Assembly (NCBI RefSeq): GCF_964204645.1
Contig: NC_134025.1
Span: 17,521,101 to 17,585,100 of the forward strand
Length of the DNA stretch: 64,000 nt
Direction of reading: 5' to 3'
From: Tubulanus polymorphus
Taxonomy: Eukaryota; Animalia; Nemertea
A program made the position numbers and the translations under genes. A model generated the notes under the pieces. That model did not search any database and was not told where the DNA came from. It worked only from the letters and a program-made list of their open reading frames with translations. Numbering within the stretch: position 1 is the stretch's first letter; every line of letters begins with the position of its first letter. Positions 36,301-49,452 of the stretch are shown here, piece after piece.

Positions 36301-38866
36301 TGATGCGTGCATTGAAAAAACAAATGACAAGGATAGGGTAGAAATAAAATGAGCCCAAATACCGGGCCACACGCATCAATAATTAATTGTTTATATAATC
36401 TTTTTCGCTTTTTTTTCGAGCTCGGAAATGAATAAATGTTATGAAATGTGCAATGTCGGCAATAAATCGGGTGGCCTGTATAGATCGGGGTTTGAAACTG
36501 TCATGAGGTTATTTCGCTCACAACAATCCAAAAGTAAATACTTGGCTCCCTGATACCATCATCACTGCATTTTCTACTTAAACGAAAAAGCTGACTCCCT
36601 CGAGCGCTTCAATCTTCTTCTTAGTATTTTATTTCAAGGTTTTCCATTTTGAAAAGACCAACTACAGTTACAATAAAAGACCAATGGTCTTGTAGCTCAC
36701 CTGACCATTAACTAATAGGCAGTTTAAAGACTTGTTATATCCCATGTCTAAAATGGATTAGACGCTGGTCTTATTGCAAGGGCCGGTGGCAAGATGGGAA
36801 GAGGAAAATAGATATACACATTGCCTTTCAAACCTTCAAAGGAGCGATCAAAATCAAACGGCAACTCTTGTTTTAATAACCATATTTATTTATTATAATA
36901 ATATTCATATCAAAAGACAGGATAGGAGCTAGGCCTAATCATATCAGAAGTTTTGTCTTAGAATATTGGTTGAAACGTGTTTTTTAAAATCTATAATTCC
37001 TGCTTCAATGAGTCGAGGTGGTGATTCATTCTTGGGGTACCGGTATCTGTAAAACAATGCGTAAGATCAATAGAAATAAAGTGAAAATTAAATTGCATTG
37101 AATTGAATTGCAATCACAGTGTAATACTAGACAAGAGGATTTGATATCCTGTCCGTCGGTCCCGTACTAACATGACAATCATTATTCATAGAATATCTTA
37201 CCTTCAATCAGCAGAAATATCGTGTAGATACACGTGTGAATAAACCAGGAAATGCGCGGTAGTGCGCGGTGTCTCTAGTGTACGGAGACGCATCGGGGTC
37301 ATTCACAAATAACATCAAAGAAACTGAAACTTTGATCTGTTAAAACAAAAGGTCAACATTGCGACTGAAATATTATGAAATAAAATTTAACCTTGATCTC
37401 GATTGATTCGAATTTAAAATAAAAATCCACCATTCGGCGAATTCTGTGCACACTTGAATTTTTAAAATGTTCCTAATAGGCTACCATATTTCTTGGATCT
37501 ATCCAAGAAACGATAGTTCATAGGTCGAGCCACGTTATTAGACAGTTAGGCGAGAGTCAGACCCCTGCGTTTAGATCGGCCTGGAAGTAAATCTAGACGT
37601 TTTTCCAGCTAAAATTATGTGAAAATGTTTGAACAACACCCAAAACTTTATAGTACTAGCAGTCCGGGTTTATTTTGATTTCACAGAAACGCATGTATAC
37701 AAAAAGAACGGCAATTTGCTTCGATTTTGGTATATTTTCGATTATTTCACAAAAACACGAGTTCAGAATTCTATGAAATTTTCAGATTGTAAAATAGATA
37801 CTATATGACACCTCAGATAAAAAAATCAGATCTCAGGACCATCTAGATAAAAGTGTGCCACCCGTTTTACTGAAATTTTTCGCGATAGGCAAATGCATTG
37901 GAAGCATGACGTCATCAGCTAGTGATAGCAAAAGCGAACCATAGGTTCGCTAAAAATGAACACCTCCCTCATTATTTTTCTCAGTATGATGAGAAACGCG
38001 GTATCCTTTGAATGGCCTATGAAAACAGTCCTTTTCAACAAATTGCACTGAAAGAGGATCAAATGGAGCCTCCATTGCTCTCTTTAAAAAAAATGGAATA
38101 ATCAATTATTTAATTGCATGACACGGCACGAAGCCGAGAATCAAAAGCCGCGATTACACGAGCATTTTGTCCAGGGCCAAATTTGGCCCGACCAAAAACG
38201 TCGGACCAGGCCCGAGCCAAATTTTAGCACCAGACAAATGATTGCGTTTGAATTGCAACTGGCACCGGAAATGATCCACTTCGCTTTGTTTGAGCATTGT
38301 TAAGTATCGAGTGAATGGTTTGCGCGTGAACGCGCTCTTTGATAAGGCACGGGCCAAATTTGGCTCGAATCTGATCCGTGCCAATTTGGCCCGGGCCAAA
38401 TCGTAGGCAGACCATTAGAATGCCCAAGTATCTCCAGACTTCCTAAATTCCTTATTACTAATAAAGCAATTAAGCGATGCAAATACACGTTCTCTAAGTA
38501 GCATGTCATGGAAAAACATTGCGATTATCACCGATGGCTGTTTAGTGTTTGTAACATGTTACAATTATATACCTTCACATTCTTCAATTAATCCAATGTC
38601 CCACTTTTTCGGCCTTCATCATGGTTAAATTATTTTGTATGAACTTAAGGTTCAGGCAGAAATCACAACAAAACGAGGACTTAGTCAAAACAAAATATTC
38701 CTAACATAAATACAAATAATTGTATCAGTGACTAATAATTTAATTGATGTTACACAAAATAGAGCACTTGTACCTAAAAATTTAACATTTATAAAACATT
38801 ATTCCATTACTTTATTGAATACGTTTTCATCAGTGAGTCTCTACACAATTAACGAATCATTCTTTA

Positions 38867-41800
38867 TCACACATCGGATCTACACTTTTCTGAATTTGGA
38901 TTACCTGTTAAAGTGTTAATTCTATGTAATGATGGTAAAGTTCCCATTACTCCGAAATTTGGGCCACTGCGTACATGGACGTGCTCAATACGCACTGACG
39001 GTTCTAATATTCCAGATATTTCATTTGACGTATTAGGTTGTGTCGTTGGTACGCATGTCGTCCTATCAGCAGAAGCAAAGTTTTCCGCAGAAACCAAATT
39101 CTGATATGATGATTTCACCATATAGCAATCTAAATCCGATTCAGAATCAATTGCTTTGAGATGTGGGACAAAAATGTCAGTGCCCCTTATTAAGAATTCT
39201 CGTGCACTTAGATTTTTGATTTTATCAGTCAAATCTAGAGAAAAAGTCTCCATATACTTGTCTTTCGCATTAATTCCATATGTTGGGATGAATGCTATTG
39301 TAGTTTCTAGACAACTGACTTCTTTATCGTATTTCTTATGATTGACCTTGGAATAAAATCTTCCTTTTGTCACATCATTTCCAACACAATCGGTGACGGA
39401 AGGACCATCACTCATTTGGTTTCCAGAAACAACTGCAGCCTGATTAGAGTTGGTAGCACTTAAACTGGAATGTAATCCTACAGTCGCGTGTTGATCAATT
39501 GCTGCTCGTGGGGATGAAAAACTGAAAGCCAAAGCACATGTGATATGAACTTTCCAGCTTATTTAGGCCTATTCACGAATTCACTTTAATATTTGGTATT
39601 GCATATACTATGTATCTGTTGCAGTTATAGCAGTCACACTTCAGGCGTTACACTAATACGATATCATAGATTCAAATGTATGGTAGATGAATCCACAGGC
39701 CCTAGGAGCACTATGGCATGGCATATTTGCTTTTCATGAAATGAGGCAATTTGTGGGTAACAAATACGAGAAAAATTAAACATTCTGCTTCATTTAATGT
39801 ATACAGTTCAATCTTGTTTTCAAGTACTTAATTGTCATAAATTTTACCATGATGTGACTACAGTGTTATCACTGTTTGCAATCTTTCCCGAATGGAATAT
39901 TGTAGCATCTGTGTAGGTATATGTCATTAGAGTTCCTTCACTACATTTCCCAGGATAATATTCATCTGAAGAAAAGAGATAGCATGCAGTGAATATACAA
40001 AATGTTAGCTTTAATATTCACTTTTCGTAAATGATGCAATCGATTTGTGAGTTCTATATGTCATAATAAACTTTCTCCTATGTAATTTTGAGTATATACT
40101 ATCCATTCTTCACATGCAGGAATACGGCAAGATAAATTCAGACCAAATTTTTTTATTTGTCTCATTGATTTCAATTTGAATTTGATTTTTTATTTTAATA
40201 AAGATTAAATTTCATTTTCTTCTGGAATAAAATATAATTTGCAATACAAGCACATGGCTTAATAGCATATCAAGGCAATCGATGCTTTGCACCAATATGA
40301 GAAAAGGAGTTATTTTCCCCAACCTTTGCCTAGATGTCAAGGACTTGGGGTCCAGGAACACCATGGCCACTTGGGAAGTGGTTTCAAATGCTCAACTATC
40401 TGACAATTTCAATATTCAACCGCCCCCTTTGTCCATTTAGAAAAAAAACAGATGACCTTGAAACTCACCACAATCATAGAACATGTCAGCAGCTACAATT
40501 TTGCAATTGATTGTGATAATAATATATGCCTCGGTACCAATATAATATCGAAATACTAAGTAATTCTACTATTAAACGCCCCCTGGTGACCATATGCAAA
40601 ACTCAATGATCCTGCAACTCACCACAATCATAGAACATGACCTGAGCTACAATTTTACAATTGATTATGGTAACAAAATATGCCTAGGTACCAATATAAT
40701 AAGGAAACACTAAGTTATTCTACTATTCAATGCCCCCTTGTGACCAGAGGCCATTTCCCATTCTTTACTGCCAGTGTCAATGCAGACATATCAATATGTG
40801 ATTGCTTCATCCCCTCTCATCTACCACATAACTAACGAGAAAAATGCGTTAGAATTACTTTTTGGACCATTAAATCATAAATCTGGCGACGCTATGTTGT
40901 AGGGATTAATTGAAACATTATTCTTTTTTTAGTCAATTTCTGCTGTGTCTATTGCTTTACGTCAATTTGAAGTTACTATGAAAATGAGAGTAGTCTGCGC
41001 CTTTTTTACTACGACTTTCGATCCATTTTACTAGTATTGGCATGACGCAAATCAATGCTAAAAATCAATCCACGCCTTTTTTACTACGACTTTCGATCCC
41101 TTTTACTAGCATTGGCATGACGCAAATCGATGCTAAAAATCAATCCACGCCTTTTTTACTACGACTTTCGATCCATTTTACTAGCATTGGCATGACGCAA
41201 ATCAATGCTAAAAATCAATTGAGAGCAAAATAAAGCGAAACAAAATTCTTAAAATTTTCAAAGGATTGATTTTTAGCATTGATTTGCGCCATGCCAATAA
41301 AAGATTTGAAATTTTTTAGCAGAATAAGATCTGATTGAATTGGCAGTTTGAGCGCATGACTAATTAGCTTTAGCATATAAAGGTCATCCATCCGATTTGA
41401 GAAAAAGCTATTTTTCCCGGACTAAGCATAATTGTCAATGATATTTTTCTGTAGTGCAAATGAAAATATTCCTCCAAAAAACAAATCAACTATAGATTTC
41501 ACAGAAATCAATCTTGAAATGCAATTTTAGATCTTAAATAAAACCCGGAAGTAAAGCAGTAGACGATATCGCGGGTTCGTGTGAACAACTGCTGATCTCT
41601 GCGGCTTAGCCAATCATAGAAGAGTCTTTGCTTTCTACGTGGCTTCATAGGATTCGGAGAATGGTTAATGCTTTAATGAACCTTTGCTCTGGAAATGCTT
41701 CAAAGACGCTTTGCTCTGGAAAACATGTCATTTAAATTGGTTCTATTTGTATAGTTAAAGGCTCAGCCTACGACTGGCCTAAAAACCTAATATCAAGACG

Positions 41801-42047
41801 TTTCAGAAACAGTGAAAATTCAACAGCTTGTAGCTTTTTGAATTTCAAGCAATACACCAGCGTATGGCCAGTTGTTAATGTAAATGGGTTCTAAAATACG
41901 TACCATCTTCTTCAAAGTCATTTAGATCATACTCCTCAAAAAGATCTATTTTCTTTTCGCCTTTTATCTGAACACCAGGATGTTCATCAAGAAGAACTCC
42001 TAAATGTGGTGTAGCCAGCCTTTGCCATTGATAAAGAGTCATCGATC
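38867..42047 (-). CDS. TRAK: Host trafficking kinesin-binding protein (TRAK1/2, Milton) exons 42047-41904, 39965-39848 and 39521-38905 (or through to the stop at 38867)
   Basis: Spliced peptide [67 protein letters not shown] matches the recalled TRAK1 Milton-domain segment [40 protein letters not shown]. GT-AG sites, matching phases, no stops. Confidence 0.85.
40345..40745 (-). mobile_element. Truncated HINE with 154-bp internal repeats (family of 57403-58589), in a TRAK intron
   Basis: GGGGTCCAGG.ACACCATG.CCACTTGGGAAG end; GCCCCC-centred units at ~40421, 40575 and 40729. Confidence 0.75.
41300..41786 (-). mobile_element. Partial HINE (family of 51516-52407), in a TRAK intron
   Basis: Ends AGGCTCAGCCTACGACTGGCCTAAAAA; body colinear with 51850-52407. 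Confidence 0.75.
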
Positions 42048-43334
42048 CTTGAAAATAAAATCTGCATTCATTAATAGGGCGATTTCAGTGATACTCTTTA
42101 AATTAACTATTAGAAATCCTGCCTCAAAAAACTGCCAGCTATTGCATAGGGTTTGTAAAGATAAAAAGAAAATATCTAGGCAATTTAATAAATGATGTAA
42201 TCCTCAAATTATTCTGAATATGAACTGAAAGAGACGCATTTAGATGGAGATGATTTTGGTCAATAGAAATAAGAATATTTTCATTTAATAGTGATCTAGA
42301 CCACACCACAAGAAAAAAGATCATTACCCTTGGCTATACACCTGCAACAATTATAGAACACGTTTATTTCATATGAGTGATAAGCGAATGGTTATTAATA
42401 CTCATGGGTTTTGGAAATTCTTTTGGGACTAGATTTTTGGCAGACTTAAAAGTTAATTCCAAGAACCAATGAATGTAGTTCGATATATTTGATGAGCGAT
42501 CTATGGTGAAAAAAGGGGATAAGTTAGCATGCTCAGTCCTCCTTAGCCCTAAATACCACAATTTATAAGATAAGCACAATGAAATTTACTATATACTACT
42601 CAATATTGGTCCATCTTCACATGCTATCTTCACAGTGTTCTTACACGCTAATCAATTTGGCTCAATAATCCATCAGCGTATTCATGCACGCAATTCAAGC
42701 GTGCTTAATGATGAAGAGCCAATTTTAGATGGATCGCCTTTAATTTATTGCCTTTTTTTGTCGAGCTCATAAAAAATAAAAATAATTTCTCGCACGCTCG
42801 AATTTATTTTTATTTTTTACTCACTCTCCCCTTCAACCTTTGATATGAAAGCCTATATATACAATTACTCTAATAATTCCATAAATATGAATAACATATA
42901 AATGAATAACATATATAAATGAAAATTTTATATATGCATAACTTCTAAAATCAATTCTAATAAAAAATTTGATATTGAAATGGAAGCAAATAAGAAGTAC
43001 TACCGTCCAACATGTAAAATCAATATAGATAAATCTCAAAAAGCAAGACATATTAAAACTAAAACACATTTAGAAAATAAATTGAAATTAGAATATAATG
43101 ATGATATTAGAAACTAAATTAGAGGATTTAAAGAATGAAAACGAAATATATAAATGTGATACATGCTATAAATCATTCAGTAACCAATAAGGGTAAAAAA
43201 TTATTCTAGAATGAAAGGTTTCAGCGAGCTCTAACTCTTTTCAATTTTTAACTTATTTTAATAAAAATTTAGTATATAAATGAGGTGCTCAAAGTAAATT
43301 AAAAGTTCCCGCGAAAGAAAGAAATAATAAATTT

Positions 43335-43716
43335 GTAAAGTGTGAGTAAAATAATTTAGATTTTTTTAATATTAAAAGTGTGAGTAATATAATTTAGATT
43401 TTTTAATATCGAAAGTGTGAGTAATATAATTTAGATTTTTTAATATTAAAAGTGTGAGTAAAGTGTGAGTAAAATAATTTAGATTTTTTTAATATCAAAA
43501 GTGTGAGTAGAATAATTTAGATTTTTTAATATTAAAAGTGTGAGTAAAGTGTGGGTAAAATAATTTAGATTTTAAGATATTAAAAGTGTGAGCAAAGTGT
43601 GAGTAAAATAATTTAAATTTTTTAATATTAAAAGTTTGAGTAAAGTGTGAGTAAAATAATATAGATCTTTTAATATTAAAAGTGTGAGTAAATAGTGTGA
43701 GTAAAATAATTTACAT
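43335..43716. repeat. Tandem array of 37-47-bp units (AAAGTGTGAGTAAAATAATTTAGATTTTTTAATATT) in the left inverted end
   Basis: About 9 units; mirrored by the array at 58905-59166. Confidence 0.92.
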
Positions 43717-43770
43717 TTTAAGATATAAATAATCTAGAAAATTCATTTTAATAAAAGTATTGTTATAAAA

Positions 43771-44382
43771 ATGAAGACAGAAGAACCTAAATTCAAAATC
43801 GAACTAAATGTAACTAATAACTTATTTTCATTATTTAACATTAAAAATTATATCTCAGCAACAAATTTAGTGTATGCAAGACAATATAAAATAGATAATA
43901 TTACTGTAATTAATCAAATATTATCAAATGAAACATATTTAATTACTGAACTAATAGATACTTTTGATAATGGTGCTAAAAATCCTAAAATATTTAATAC
44001 AGTTTTAAATTATAAAGGAACTTAAGATGAGAACATGATAAATATTCTTCAAACTCCTTTCAATGTAAGAAATGATGATTTAATCCTTTCTAAAGGTTGC
44101 AATGATTTGATTAACTTAAGAATTGAAACACGAAAATTATATTATTTTAATTTTAATAAGAAAGAAATTATCTATAACGAAAATTCATCAAATATTGGAA
44201 TTCAATGTGAATCAGATAATAATAATAATTCTTTTAAAGATATTGGTATTCAATGTAATTTAGATGATGAATTTAGAAAATTCAATCCTAATGAAAAAGT
44301 GCATTGTTATTGCGGAGGTAAATATTTAAGATCACATAAATCAAAACATTATCAAACAATTAAACATATCAATTATGGAAAG
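43771..44382 (+). pseudogene. Virus-like ORF with a C-terminal CxCGGxY..H....H zinc finger; premature stop at 44025
   Basis: ORFs 43771..44025 and 44035..44439 are in one frame; HCYCGGKYLRSHKSKHYQTIKH; 3' end cut by a HINE. Confidence 0.6.
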
Positions 44383-45773
44383 AACAAGAGCCCCAAGGGG
44401 CACAATGGCCAGCCTGTCAGATTTGCTTTTTATAAATGATGTAATCTGTGGGTTATATTTATCAATATACACTCCCTGCTCAATATCATTTACATAGTAA
44501 AATCGGGTGTTAACACAGACAGCAGGAACGAATGTAATATAGAAATACTAAGTTATTGTATTGTTCAACGCCCCCTGGTGGCCATAAAAAAACCAATGAG
44601 CTTGAAACTCACCTCGATCATAGAACATGTCATGAGCTACAACTTTCCAATTGATTATAGTAGCAAAATATGCTTAAGTATCAATTATGATGTGGAAAAA
44701 CTTTTTTTCCACCTACGAATGAGTACTGATGACCCCAAGATGGCTGCCAAGTGCGTCATAATTGCCTGGTCAAAAATACCCTCTCGGATATAAAAGATCC
44801 CTTTCCAAAGAATACCCATTACAAATTGCAATGAAACATGGCGCACCATTAGAAAGCTACAGTACTCAGAATTCAGGCCAAAATTGACATTTTTGGGAAC
44901 AAAAAAGGTCACCGTACGGCCATCTTGAGTCCGATCGACTCAATTTTTATCATGCCGATGGGCCCTCAGGGGATACAAATATATACGAATGATCAAGGTT
45001 ATTGATAAAAGTGTCTTCAAAATTTCCCTCGAAAACTTCAAAAATGTGTAAAAAGTGCTGATTTTGGCGAACAACAATGGCTGCCAGTCGGCCATCTTGA
45101 ATCTGATAGGGCCAGTTTTTGGCCTGAAGATGTGTCTAGGGTAGATAGGGTAGATACACGTATAAAACAAATATCAAGACATTACCTTGAAGCGTCTTCA
45201 AAACTTTGGAACTCTCACGAACTATCTAGATGGTTATCTCTCGACCTCAATAGCTTCAAGACCCATCTCAAAACAACTTAGTTCCATGCAGCATACCATT
45301 AACTCTCGGAAAGCGAATTGTATTTAACATTTTTTGGCAGAATAAAATTTGATTGAATTTGCAATTCGGGCACATGGCTAATTAGCATATCAAGGTCATA
45401 CACCCGATTTGGTAAAACCTTTTTTTCGCGAACCTTGCGCAATTGTCAAGGATGAATTTTCTGTAGAGCAAATAAAAATTCCTCCCAAACACCAAATCAA
45501 CTAAAGATTTCATAGAAATCGATCTTGAAATACAATTTTAAATCTTAAAATAAAACCCGGAAGTAAAACAGTAGACGATACCGCGGATTCACGTGAACAC
45601 CTGAGGCGTTTTTATGAACATTCGATTAGTATACTCGCGTATGCAAAACGTTTTTATGAGCATGGATTATGTCATAATCCGTCATTTTTATGAACATTGA
45701 TTATCATAATCGATTAGCATACTCAGCATACTCGCTCGGCGAGCAAGTATGCCGATTACCTAATCCATCCAAG

Positions 45774-47569
45774 ATGGCGTTCTCCGGAGAAGTGGGTGCT
45801 GTGTAAGTAACAGTAAATTGCGTGAACTTTCTCATCAGACGTGACTTTCAATATATTTATATAACGTGGTCTTGAGATATGAGTGTTTCTTTATTTTCAA
45901 TCGATATTTTCGGGGAATTAGTCAATCCGAAGAAAGATTTTTGGAGGTTTGTGTGGTTGGTTCACAAATTCAAATTAATTTCAATGATTCATCACACAGG
46001 GCTAGTTGGGTAGTCTGTGTAAGTTTACTCACTGGTGATATACACTTATATCATCAAGATTGGCTTATTAGTTATTTCATTGGGTTACATACTTACATAT
46101 GTGTTTGGTTCTTTGCAGGGCATGCTATGAATTTTCATTAGAAATTGATAGTAATATGGTAAAATTTACCTTAGATCATGCAACATATCAGAAAGTAATG
46201 GAAGGCGGTAAGTAAAAAAGTATTTCAGGATTTATTAAACACGTGCTTATTAGTCGTGTAGGCCTGCATCTGGATAGAGAAAAAAATAATGATATTGATC
46301 AATGCAGTCACCCGAGGAACCCGGTTGAGATTAGGCCTAATTGGCGAATCGATTTTTAGGGACGGTACTGCATGCATTCCGACATGTTTGATTTTGTGTT
46401 TCAGATCAGGAGACTATAAACCAGTTAGCTGAAAATTATAGGGAAGCGTTTAGAGTACCCTCAGCAGGTAGGTTTAGGGAACTTGTTGGAATCATGCTTA
46501 TCAATGGACTTTACAATCTAATTTTTGAAACATTGTGAAAATATTGATTTTTTTCAGGAATCGAAATCAATCCGAAAAGCGAGCAACGAGACACAGCTAT
46601 CCAAGAAAGAGAGGCTAGCACATCAGTTCCACCAGGCCACTCAGTTGCTCGAAAAACAGGTATGCAGTTTTATAAAAAATTGCAGGAAATCCATTCTAAA
46701 GAACATTTCATGATGCCACTAATGGTGTCAAGTGTAAGATTTTATTTAGTTTTCATCAGTATTTTAATGTTAATACCATATTCATTTAGCGCATTGTTTA
46801 CAATTGTCAGGCGTGTAGTCACTGTGTCTATGGAAGACCTGTGTCATCACTTGAAGTAAATAGACTGATTCACTTTATTTGCTTCGAGCGATGACAAAAC
46901 TTTGAAAAATATGTCATTAATTTATATTTTGTTTTAGCTGAGGAGATACCCCGTGCAGCAGTCTTACTTCTGATAGATCACCACAAAGCACTCCAAAACA
47001 AATTCAATGACAGCAAGACAAAAAAGAAAACTCTGTGGCAGGACATAGCAAAGAAAATGAAAACGCAAGGTTTCGATTATACATGGCTCCAATTAAAGAC
47101 CAAATGGGGCAACATACTTCAAGTATATAGGAAAACGCGCGATCACAATTGTAAAACCGGTAGAGAACCGAAAACCTGCCTATATTATGAAGAACTTGAT
47201 AGTTACTTGGGCACTAGGCCTAATAGCAGACCAGCTTTAGTGAAAAACTCTCAACTTCCTTTGTCGTCAACTTCGCAGACTGAATCAACTGCAGAAAGTG
47301 ACATGCCAATCGTTAACAATTCATTTATGCAAAGTTCTAGCGATGAGGAAGATATCCCCGTCCCAAATATTCTTCCGAAACGATGTCGCCAAAAGCAACG
47401 TATGTCAGAGCGACAGTCTAAATTCCTGAAGGTGTTGGAGGACATGGAAGCATCTCGTCAACAGAGCCAGGAAAAATTTTTTGAGGAGATGAGAAAACAG
47501 AGAGAATTATTGGAGGCATCAGAGCAGAAAAAACTTGAATTACTTAAGTGTCTAATTGACAAGGTGTAA
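45774..47569 (+). CDS. Harbinger Myb/SANT (trihelix-like) DNA-binding protein, multi-exon; last exon 46938-47569
   Basis: LWQDIAKKMKTQGFDYTWLQLKTKWGNILQVYRKTRDHNCKTG..CLYYEELD; coiled-coil C-terminus. The small 5' exons are tentative. Confidence 0.8.
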
Positions 47570-48103
47570 AACTTTAATATTGTCAGAAAGCTCTCGGAGT
47601 ATGTTTTTATAATTGCATATTCTTGATGCAGCTGTAAAGCTTAATAACATTATGTGCTTATCCAAATGTTGGGACATGTTGGTTCATTTGTTTATAGACT
47701 GTTTGATAAAGCTATATCATTAGTGATTTTACTTTTTGTTAATAAATCAGTTGTTAAATTTGCATACTTTGATTGTTTTCCTTAACTTCGAGCAGAAAGA
47801 ATGTCATATCACACGGCATTGGTCATCCTGTCATGTGGCATGAAAAACCTTTAACCATTTACTATCCACTGCACCGATGCTATACTGGTACCTCACGTGT
47901 TGACTAAAGTGAACAAAAGATTTTCTTAAAATGGAAAAAAATTTATTCTTGAAAATCAAAAATGACCTAGAGGATTCTTAGTAATGCAAGTAACATATGT
48001 ATTTTCGGGTTTTTAAGATTTGATCAGGACAGACTGTGCTGCATTATAATTAATCTATCTAAACAGTTATGATCGTAAGTGAGCTGTGCGTAACCCAGCA
48101 ATC

Positions 48104-49452
48104 TCACAAAGTAGACAAAATAATTGCAATGGCATGCCTTTTGCCATCTGCACTGGGCCTAACTGCCTCATTAATATCGAGCATATCGTGATCCGCAACA
48201 AGTCCGCGACCCTCCCTCAACAGTTCATCGATATTATCTTCAGTTGCAAGACACACATTGTGCAATACAAAACAGCTTATTACAAAGTCAATAAGTCTAT
48301 CCACATTATGCATATCGATGTACTTTAATCTTCGAAATCTCCCTTTAAGGATTCCGAAGGTATTCTCAATTGCAACACGTGAAACACTATGTTTGTAATT
48401 GTAGTCTTTTTGATTCCGAGTTAAATGTCCAGTGTCTTTGAATGGTACCATAGTAAAGTCATTCAGTTCATAAGCAGAATCTCCAAGGAGATGTGAGCTC
48501 TCAGGGAATAGAATTCTCCTTTTAACCATGTCCTCAGCAGCAAGCCAAATTTCAGTATTTTTAAAGACTCTGGAGTCATGGCTAGATCCAGGCCATCCAA
48601 CATTTACATGAGTGAACCGATATTCATCATCACACACAGCGCACACATTTAATGAATGGAACTTTTTCCGGTTAATATAGGATTCAGGGCTTTTGATAGG
48701 TGCTTTAATTGGTATGTGCGTTCCATCTACTGCACCCACTACTTTTGGAAATCCTGCTTTCTTTTCAAATCCAGCCATTACCTGAGTCAGACGTTCACCT
48801 TGTGGCCACTTGATTACTCGATCTATTACGTGCTTCACGATTACCGACGAAATAAACCCTGAAATAACAGTATCATAATTAAAAGCAATACATATTCACA
48901 GTCATGAGACCCCGAGTATTGTATCATTTTAGTGACTGGCATAGTTATAAATTTAATGCACATTAATTAAAACAACTCACCAATAATATTGAACACTGTT
49001 GCTTCACATACTCCATACAGATCAGCAATTCTCATTAAAGGATCTGATGTGGCTGCATAATGTATGTAAATTAATAACTGCTTTTCCTTCTGTATGGTAA
49101 GTTTATAATCTCGAATCTCATTTTCCGCATCGATATAAGGAATCATGAACTGAAGAAGCACTTTAAAAGTTTGTTTCGACATCCTAAATCTCGCTCGAAA
49201 TTCGTCATCACAATATTTAGCAACAGTGTAGCAACAGTAATTTTCAACTCTCAGCTTGCATTTTAATTTCAAATGTTTTATCGTTTCACTATAAGTAAGA
49301 ACGGTATTTGCAGATGCGGTATAGTTCAAAAGTTCCTCCACTTGCTTCTCCAGATAAACCTGCGGTAGCGAAGCCAACTGGCTGTCTTGCATTAATATTA
49401 ATGCAATTGTTAATATCCTTTTTCTTCGGTTCGAATTTCGCACCAGCGCCAT
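48104..49452 (-). CDS. Harbinger DDE transposase; exons 49452-48981 and 48858-48104
   Basis: FRARFRMSK, GAVDGTHIPI, GWPGSSHDSRV, LGDSAY, RVAIENTFGILKGRFRRL, VLHN. The phase-1 intron joins in frame. Confidence 0.92.

Noticed and set aside
36540-36625. Possible further TRAK exon
   Set aside because: The minus-strand frames I read contain stops and I recognised no similarity.
38140-38410. GGGCCAAATTTGGCCC palindromes with short ORFs
   Set aside because: Looks like a small decayed MITE; no clear ends or coding signal.
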